DNA of 64,000 nt, taken from assembly GCA_040954595.2 (NCBI GenBank), contig CM082580.2, positions 12,724,909 through 12,788,908 of the forward strand. The letters are read 5' to 3'. Every line of letters begins with the position of its first letter. Within the stretch, counting starts at the first letter, position 1. The notes under the pieces were generated by a model that did no database searches, was not told the origin of the DNA, and saw only the letters and a list, made by a program, of their open reading frames with translations. The DNA comes from Balanoglossus misakiensis (Eukaryota > Animalia > Hemichordata). The translations under genes were made by a program, and so were the position numbers. Shown here one piece after another: positions 55,590-64,000 of this stretch.

Positions 55590-55871
55590 CTTGCTATCAT
55601 AGCGTTCCATGTGCAGCCGGAATCCATCGAGAACGGAGTTGTCCTTATTGATGTGGCGCAAGGCAAGGCCAATCGCCGACTGCACTCCCCACGCCACTTT
55701 GCTCTCTGGACGCTCGGGCGACAGAGGAAACAGGGCGGCGAAATGAAGATCCGTCACCTGCGTGCGATTACTGTCGATGAAAGTCGTGTCCGATCTTCGG
55801 ATGCAGCAGGTAGCCAGTAAGAGCAAGACTGTCACGCATCCCGATCGTTGTTTTCCCTGGTTTGGCACCAT
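55590..55871 (-). CDS. GABBR2: GABA-B receptor distal alternative first coding exon (paralogous to 42819-43106)
   Basis: accATGg start; MVPNQGKQRSGCVTVLLLLATCC..TDLHFAALFP..AIGLALRHIN..VLDGFRL..YDSK; AAG|GTAAGC phase-0 donor; 282 nt. No other receptor exons were found between it and 43106. Confidence 0.85.
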
Positions 55872-57906
55872 GGTTGCAGACTTTGCAGCGTCGGAGAGTG
55901 ATTTGAAGCGCTCGGGTTACAAACGACAATCACTTCAACAAAAGTTTACGTTTTTAAGCACCACTACTCGGTATCCTAAACGCGATGGGCAATTAAGCGA
56001 TGAAGACAGCTCTTTGACACGTGTTGATACCTTAAATGACAACCCGACGTGCGACCGCTCGCATGTCTAGATGGAGTTATCGAGTATATCCAGAGAGCAA
56101 ATGGAATCAATCGACTCTCCTCTGTCATGTTCCTCAACGCATCATCTCATCTCTACAGAGCTGGTTTCCGCGCCGCGCCTCGTATACTGCCGTTCCTTTT
56201 GACTGAATCCAGGATTTACCTCCTTGGTTACTGATTGTCGGACTAAGCTTTAAACTTCTTCAACGAGCTCCAAAGCATCGCGTGTTGTCACAGATGGCGG
56301 GTGCTTGTTAATCTATCAACTCGCCGCTGAACGGACAGTAAAGCGTCGTCTCTTCAGAATTCACACCCACGGGTTTAAATACATGGTTCGCACATTACCC
56401 GCAATTCGGCGAACCTCATTTCATCAAACCCGTTTTAAAAAATGCGTTAAACGCTACTATTTTTAACCCGTCGTCCAATTATTCATAGCGCCCTCATAGA
56501 AAGATTCTCAACCTTAGCCACGCTGTTCAAGACCCTAAACTTGACTGCGGGTGTGGGTTAAGAGACACGTCAGTTTCTTTAGATTGGAATAGTTATACAT
56601 ATAAATACCAATATCTGTAAATGTTTTATTCGGTAGAGTCTGGGAAAGCAGTGCAAACCGTCTTATTGACAGGTCAGCATTGTTTTGGAAAATACATTTT
56701 GATGACGACAACTGTGATTATCCCCCTACTTATATTTCACAATATTTCATAACGGTGAACTGTTTCGGATGTGCATTCGCGTGATATCCAAAATGTCTTG
56801 CAAATTACGAAAAAACAAAAATAATCTGAAATTTCAACAGCTTTTCATGCGGGCTATTTGACATGAGACGCGTCAGAGCAATCGTTTATTACAAAAAGCT
56901 TCGACGAATAAAAAAAATCTCGTTGCTGATTGGTTCAAGTCACCTGGACCACCTGGACATTGAAATTACCGTCTACCATCCGGGCATTTTCGAAAAAGAC
57001 GACCACGCTTCTCAGTGCACGCTGTCTTCATTTTGATACGGAGCCCAGACAGGTCCTCTACAGAGTTTCTGCGCTGTTTATTTTGCTGTAAATCCACGGT
57101 AAGTAAAGCAACAGGAGTAGAAGTATTAGACTAGTCGGTGTTATAGCTCTACTGGTTTTTGTACGCCCACAAAATGATAAAATTTCTCTGGAAGGGGGGG
57201 GGGGTTCTGTGGATTTGAGGCGGGTTCACGTGAGGCCAGTGTTCGTCGTTGGAGGCGCTCTTCATCAATCGTGCTCAAGAGTTGACATTGAGTCTGCAAT
57301 TAGAACTTGTACAGGCGATTTCCACCACAGAATACAAATAATTTAAGAAAAAAACAAAAACCAAAAACTGTTTATTTCCCCATGAGAATCCAACAGAAGG
57401 AAATGTTATGATTCACTATTTTATTGTCATTAAAAATGCCTCAAACACAGCAAAAGTTACTTCAAACTAATAAAAATATTAAATCTTGGAAACAAACGTG
57501 TCTTAGTGAAGAAAACCAGCTTGGAATGGAGTTTACATTTTCTTCTTCATGATATGAAGGTATAATCACTAGAAATTATCAGGCATTGCTATTCCCTTTT
57601 TTCACATTTCATTTGCCATCTCATGTACAGCTTAAAAATTCAATTAGTCTCATTGTTACTGGCAGAAATGCAGGCATTGCAAACAATTAATCAATATTGG
57701 CTGTAGATTACTGACATTAATTTTTACAGATTACTTGAGAAATAGACACATAGTAATACTGATTAAAAAGTTACAACAAAGTTTCATCATATTTGACACA
57801 AACTGTCACAAATGTCAGAACTTCAAAATACTCAACAGTCATGTGTGTCTCTTTACAAGTGGGAACTTCTGAAAGCTTTCTCTGTACGCCTAAGTAGACT
57901 GTATTG

Positions 57907-60900
57907 CTAAGGGGCAGTGTCTCCACAACACTTCCATGTTCCAATCAACTCCCATTCCGTGCTGTTCTCTTGTGAAAAGTGGATTCCCATTCCGGACACT
58001 GTGGAGAGAGTAGAAAGAAATCCCCAAAAATTCAACATGCTCAGCAGCAGATTCTGTTCCAGAAACAGTTGGAATAAATATCATGGTAACTCTGCATTCT
58101 TCATTAAAGCTAATGCTTATAGCTGAAATTTTGCAGTGACAACAGATCAATAAATTCATTTCTATTACCGGGACATGACCAAGTATTCCAAGCAATACAT
58201 ATGATGTGGCTACCTGAATTACTGTCCATAGCTCAGGCTGAAATGCTGTTTTGTGTTCAGCCAGTGACGTGAATGAAATTCAACAAGGAAGACGACCATT
58301 TTTGAAATTTTTAAATGAATGTTCATGGAAATATCTACCCCGGTATATATTTCTAAAATCTCACCTCCCCAGGTGATATTCCACACATCAGACATGAAGA
58401 CATTATCATCTGTTGGCGCCGACTGCAGGTCTTCGTCTTGCAGAGTCACAGAATCCACATAACTTTCCGATTCCCGAGCCTGCGTCCAGAAGTCAGGGTG
58501 TATGGACACCCAGCTTTCACCATAGTCTCTACTCCGCATGACAGCCAGTCCACTGTGAGACAAAGCGTACAGCGTATTGTCGGATACTTCCAAGCCAAGC
58601 AGATTACCGACATTGGAATCCAAAGCTGGTGAGATGGAAATCCAGAAATTCAGGTTATTACATTCTTTATTTATCTTCATATTATATTCTTTGCAAGCAT
58701 GCATCCAAAGTTGTTGGGAATGGTGTGTGTGGCTTGTGCAACTCCAACATCTCAAGTACAAGATACTTGCCATATCAAAAATCATATCTCCTGGTACAAA
58801 AAGTCTAATAAATGCTAGGGGCATAGAAAACTATACGTTTGGATGGCACCATGGTAGAAAAGGGTTAAAGGTACAGTTTCAGTGTGAATAAAAGGTGTAT
58901 ATACTGTACTGACCTCTCCAATGGGTGAACACTTGCGAGTAGTTCCTGTCTGGTGTTTCAGCGATCTCAACACAGCGACACCCACACCAGCAGTCTTCTC
59001 CTATTGGTTCTGGCGTTGATGCAGTAACATTAACTGCAGTGGCATTCACAGTGGTGTTTCCCTGTGCTGCTGTCATGTTGGTGTAATTTGCAGCATATGC
59101 AGTCGGTGCAGCGGTCGCAGTGGTGTTGCTGCATTCACAGTCACACAGACAGTTGGTGCCTTCGGGACAGGGCACGCCGTCGCAGAGGGAGGAACAGTTC
59201 TCGAATTTGGCCACCTGGTCACATTCATGGAGACACTGCGATGTGTTGGTCATTGTAGTGTTGGAACCATACAAGCTACATGATGAGTTGCAATCTTCAC
59301 TGCAGTTACCGTGACTGCTGCAGTTTTCACACTTCGTGGGACACCACGTCACGTTCTCGCAACTCTGGTAGCAAATTTTATGACTGAGTGGTCTTATCTC
59401 CTCACAGACGTCAGTGCAATTACTGGAACAGCCCTTCACACAGTCTGAATGGTTGCCATGGCTGCAATTACTGGAAGTCACGTTTACGTCGCACGTCACA
59501 TTGCCATGGCAACTGGCCACACAGCTTCTGTACCCCGTCTGGCAGTTTTCCAAGCATCTGATGTAGTCTGTGTATTTCTCATTACCGACGCAAAACACCG
59601 ACTGATTCTGACCAATGCTGGCATTGTAAAACTGGGTGAGATTGGAAGTTTGATTTGCAAAATGTGCGACTGTCTCGTTAGAAACACTTCGTCTTCCAAG
59701 ATGGTGGACTACATTTCTGTCCTCATCCACAGTCTCTTGTCTGTAGGTGCCCTCGGTGTTGGCAACTGAATCAAACAGGTATGCAGAATTGGTAACATTG
59801 TCCCTGTAGAGTCGGATGGATTCGGTAATCTCGTCAGGTATGTTGATGCTGTGCAACTTGTAATTAACCAGCAACTCTCTCGTTTCTTTGAAATCCTGGG
59901 ATTGTTCACGCAACGATCTGCCGGGATCTTGCACTCTCTTGGAAATATACAACATTCTTAGATCTGATTTCAGCAAAAGGAGAAGATTTGGATTGGGAAT
60001 TTTCTTTGTAGTGGACTCGTCAAGTAAATTGTACAGAAATGGCCTGGTGTCTTCATTGTCTTCAATTAGCATTTGCTGGTATATCGGTTCGACGTCACGC
60101 TTCCTTCGCCTGTCCCAACATACACTGGCGCAGTTTACATTGGTGCAGTTTGGATCTAGGTGTATCTGCAGACATGTTATCCGGCAACTTTGCATTTGCA
60201 TGGTGCAGGTCGACATAGTGGGGCAGTCCAATGGAGATGGCGTGCATGACACGCATGATGAGTAGTCATCATCGCATTCATCCCAGCACACGTCGAATGC
60301 ATCACACACTACATTAATTGGTATCTGCGTTGAGACGGAAGCTGCAGTTGGCGTCGCTGCAGTTGGGCCGGCCAACAGTCCTGCCAGCACAGTGCAGTTG
60401 TGGAGATCCACCTGGCATTGGTACTGGCAGCTCTGACAGTCTTGGGTGCACTGCGCACACTGCTGAGCGCAGGAGTAACGGCTGATCTCGCATTCAGACA
60501 GACAGTTCGGGATGGTGGGCACACTTGTTGTGAAACATTCCAAGTTACAGCTAACCAGCACTTCTGCACAATTAATGACATCTCTGGTATCATTGCTGTA
60601 TGTCCCTGTGCAGTTACCGACAGAACAGGTGCGGTTGGAGAGTGTTGTACAGTTTCCACCGGCGCACGTTATGTTTCCTCCACTGCTACAATTTCCGGTC
60701 GAACAGCTGTCGTTCCTCGAAGAAATCTTTGTCGAATTTATATGCAGTTTGTTATCGCCCGTGACACATTTCGAATAGACATCATGGCACCCTCTTGAAC
60801 AGTTGGAAAACACAGGCAAGCCTGAATCATCCACCATTTGCAGCTGAGGCAGAGGAGTAGTTGTGTTCAACACTATTGTGGTTTGGTTGACTGTTGTGTT

Positions 60901-63833
60901 CCTTGCATCCGGAGGAGGAGAGGGCGTGGTTGCATTCATGAGCTGCTCTTCCATGGTTGCATTAACGCTTGAGTTGCCGGGCGTTTGCGGAGTAGCCGAT
61001 ACATTGCTGGGAGTGTCTGCAGTGGGAGTCGCCAGGATTTCTTCCGTTGCCTGCAGCGCTGACATCATGCACTGGTAGTATCGCAGTCCGCATTGTGAGG
61101 TGCAGTTCGTACAGTTTCCTGAGATGCAGCTGGCAGTGCAGTTATGCAGACACACTGTCAGGTTTCTTTGGCAACTGGGAACACCAGCAGGGGTGCAACC
61201 GTCTACACACGTTGCTGCTGTTGTTGTGCAGTTGATGCTCTGACAATCTGTTGCGCACTTGCATACGGTACAGTTCGCGACACACTGCCTGTTGACTTCT
61301 GTGCAGTTGACCGGCGGGAGGCAACGCATGAAGCACAAGTCTTCCTCGAAGTCACAGTTACCATGACAATGTTCTCGACATCTAGAACAGTCCCTCCTGC
61401 AGTCTATCAAGCAGATCTCTTTCGTTTTCGTGCATTGACCAGAACATGTGATATTGGCAAAATTGTGATGACAGGCCTTTGCACAAATTCCATATTCATC
61501 CACACATGTTGTAGCACATGGCGCTAAATCGCAGTTTGTACCGTTGCAACTAGAGCATGGCTTTAGGCAGGTGGTGAGGTGTTCATCACAACCGTTCCAG
61601 CAGTCGTCCAAACTCGGTGGATAGATGACGTCACACTTCTGAAAACACTGGGAAGTCAGGGCGGTGCAGTTTGCACTGCAGTTCTGCACACAGTCTGTGT
61701 CGTTGCTTGCACACTTTTCCTGCTGACAGGTACTTGAACAGTTCTGTATGAGTTCATCACATCGGCTGCAGTCCTCCTCACCGAGATCACTGTAACATGA
61801 TTGTGAACACTGCATGCCATTGTCCACAGACGCATACACACAGTCTGCATACGACAGAGTACCATTAGCAGAATCTATAGCACAGGTAGCGATACTTGCT
61901 GCGAGCTCCACTTCACACGCATCGAGACAACTGTTCGGAAGACTGCTCTGCCCTGTGATGCAATCATCTGTACAAACTACACGGGACGTCTCACATTCCC
62001 CCCGACACGGCGCTTCACAATCATTTTCGCATCCTTGGCATCTCGACCAGCAATCTTTGTGCTGCAGGGAGCAAGGTTCGCTGCATGGACAGTCGCTTCT
62101 ACAGCTCTGGTAGGTAACATTGCAGCGCTCGTAGCAATTCAATGATATGCAGTTGCTGCTGGAGTTGGTGGTTAGAGTTGCATTCATGCTGCAATTCTGC
62201 AAGGTAGAATTGGATAGAGCGAGTGATGCATTCAGCGTACTTGTAACATTCTGATCTGTAACATTCAGATCAGGACAACCCACGAGACAGGAGTCGTACT
62301 CTTCAGAGCAGTTGCTGCTGCAGATCCAGTCCAGAAAAATGCACTGGTGACTACACAGGTCGTACATGTCGGTACAGTTGTTCCTGCACTGCCACAAACA
62401 CAGTCTGTCTCCCCAGCAGATCTGCGTACAGTTGAAATCACAAGCCTGCCTCTCGGTGCCACAGCCTTCAATACAACACAGGTTGTGACAACTGATGTAC
62501 GGGGCGTGGCACATGTCTTCGCAGTTTGTGAGGCAAACAGCGTCGTCCTCCCAGCTGCACACTTCTTCAGGTGGACAGAGCGCGGTCATATTGCCGCAGC
62601 CATGGTTGGGATCACCAGTTGTACAGTTGGTTCCATTCAACGTGATGTTTTCACTCACGCAGTTTGGCACGGGCACAAACTGGCACGTTTCCACACTACA
62701 GAGTGGGAAACACTCTTCCTGGCAAGAGGCTTGGTCGATGGTACAGTTTTCGCGACATGTTTTGGGCACAGGGTCACAGTCTAAGCTGCAATTGGCATAC
62801 AGCTGATGGCACGTTTGGTTGCAGGCGTCCAAACAGCCCCAGTCGTCATCACACAGCAGACAATCGTCCGTGCACAGGGTGAAGTTGGAGGAGCATTCGT
62901 CAAAGCAGCATTCTTTTGAACAGTTGATGTGGCCCAGGGAACATTCCTGGTAACATCGCTGGGTGCAGTTTTGCCATGCTTCAGCATTACCCGGCCAGTT
63001 GCTTGTGCTGCACTCGACGTTGTCGCAGTGCTCGCTGCACTGCAATGCTTGGTCGGTGCAGTTGTCGTAGCAGGTGTTGGGCTCTCTCACGCACTCATAG
63101 CTACACTCGCCGTGCAGGTAGTAACACCCAACAGTGCAGTTGTAGTCCACGACTGCAGTGCTGTTCAGCTCCGCCGTGCAGTTGGCCGGCGAAGTGCAGT
63201 TGGTGCAGTTGAACAGGCAGACATCCATAACGGTGGTGCAGTCGCCGATGCAGCATTCCTGGGAACAATTGGTGAGAGTCCTCCCACAGTCTGTCACGCA
63301 GGCTGCGATGTCATCCGCAGTACAGTTGGCGCAGTCACTGTAGCAGGAGAACTCGCAGAAGTCAAACCATTCATAGCAGTCTGGTGCGCAGCCGCAAGAA
63401 CAGTTTTCTGGCTTCGGGTCAAAATCGGTGCAATTCGCATGAGTTGGCCGGTTCTCCTGAAATGTGCAGTTGCAATAATCCTCACAAGTGTGCCTCACCT
63501 CTGTGTAATATGCCGGCAATACACCAACCATGAAACAACCACCTTCATAGCTGAAATAAAAAATAAATACATATTTTTTTCCCCTTTTGGTTCATACAAT
63601 CTTACATTTCCCCAACTTATAATCCCACCACAGTACTTAACACAATGTGACTATGGAACATATGAACTATTTTTGGCTCAAACCTTATATAAAAAATCTG
63701 ACTGTAATGTACTCAGCTCAGCAAGCAATTCATTAAAATGATACTCACACATGCATGGTGTTGTTGAAGAAACAGGCATACATGATGTTGTGCTGTTCAT
63801 CATAGAGGATATTGTATGTAGACAGCTTCAGAT
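57907..63833 (-). CDS. 3' part of a very large secreted cysteine-rich glycoprotein with a C-terminal Asp-box (BNR) module; gene starts beyond the window's right edge
   Basis: Exons 63749-63833 (LKLSTYNILYDEQHNIMYACFF..), 58914-63550 (4637 nt, Cys-rich), 58365-58625 (ALDSNVGNLLG..LYALS..MRSRDYGESW, an SxDxGxxW Asp-box) and 57907-57998 (VSGMGIHFSQENSTEWELIGTWKCCGDTAP*). Phases are consistent (2, 1, 1). Minus-strand AATAAA at about 57371-57376 and 57420-57425. Confidence 0.85.
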
Positions 63834-64000
63834 CTGAAAGTCGACAGAGAACATTGTGGCACTCAAGAAACTGACTAAGGATTGGGTTGTTACAGTGATG
63901 TGCGAATGTTTGTTGCAAAAACATAATCTCATGTCAACTATTTTACAATCTAACCAACTTCCACTAAAATCACCCACTCACACAAAGTAGAGACTCTCTC

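Noticed and set aside
57890-58195. ORF-track terminal reading ..AISISFNEEC..LAIQST for the Cys-rich gene
   Set aside because: The acceptor at 57999 has a much stronger pyrimidine tract and gives a more protein-like end (GIHF..W..WKCC). The alternative acceptor near 58122 is not formally excluded.
59064-63741. Plus-strand ORFs overlapping the giant exon (e.g. 62929..63741)
   Set aside because: Antisense shadows of Cys/Thr/Asn codon bias.

Overview
Intron-rich animal genomic DNA (GT-AG introns, no prokaryotic features); composition and gene content suggest a marine invertebrate deuterostome, which is inference only. Seven protein-coding genes were reconstructed by hand from splice signals and reading-frame continuity. 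(1) The 5' part of NUP160 (-) lies head-to-head with (2) ZCCHC17/pNO40 (+). (3) A C8orf76-like TPR gene (-) appears to use a GC-AG intron. (4,5) A tandem pair of unrecognised secreted repeat proteins (-) share one architecture: one carries six RGD+Cys motifs in 61-aa repeats, the other (PSDL)n/His-rich repeats and a 27-Asp tract. (6) A 19-exon GABA-B receptor subunit-2-like gene (-) has two paralogous, mutually exclusive first coding exons 12.5 kb apart. (7) The 3' part of a very large secreted Cys-rich glycoprotein gene (-) has a 4.6-kb exon of CX3C motifs and furin sites. The most interesting items are the secreted repeat-gene pair, the duplicated GABA-B first exon and the giant Cys-rich exon. 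All homology calls are from recognition, not database searches.
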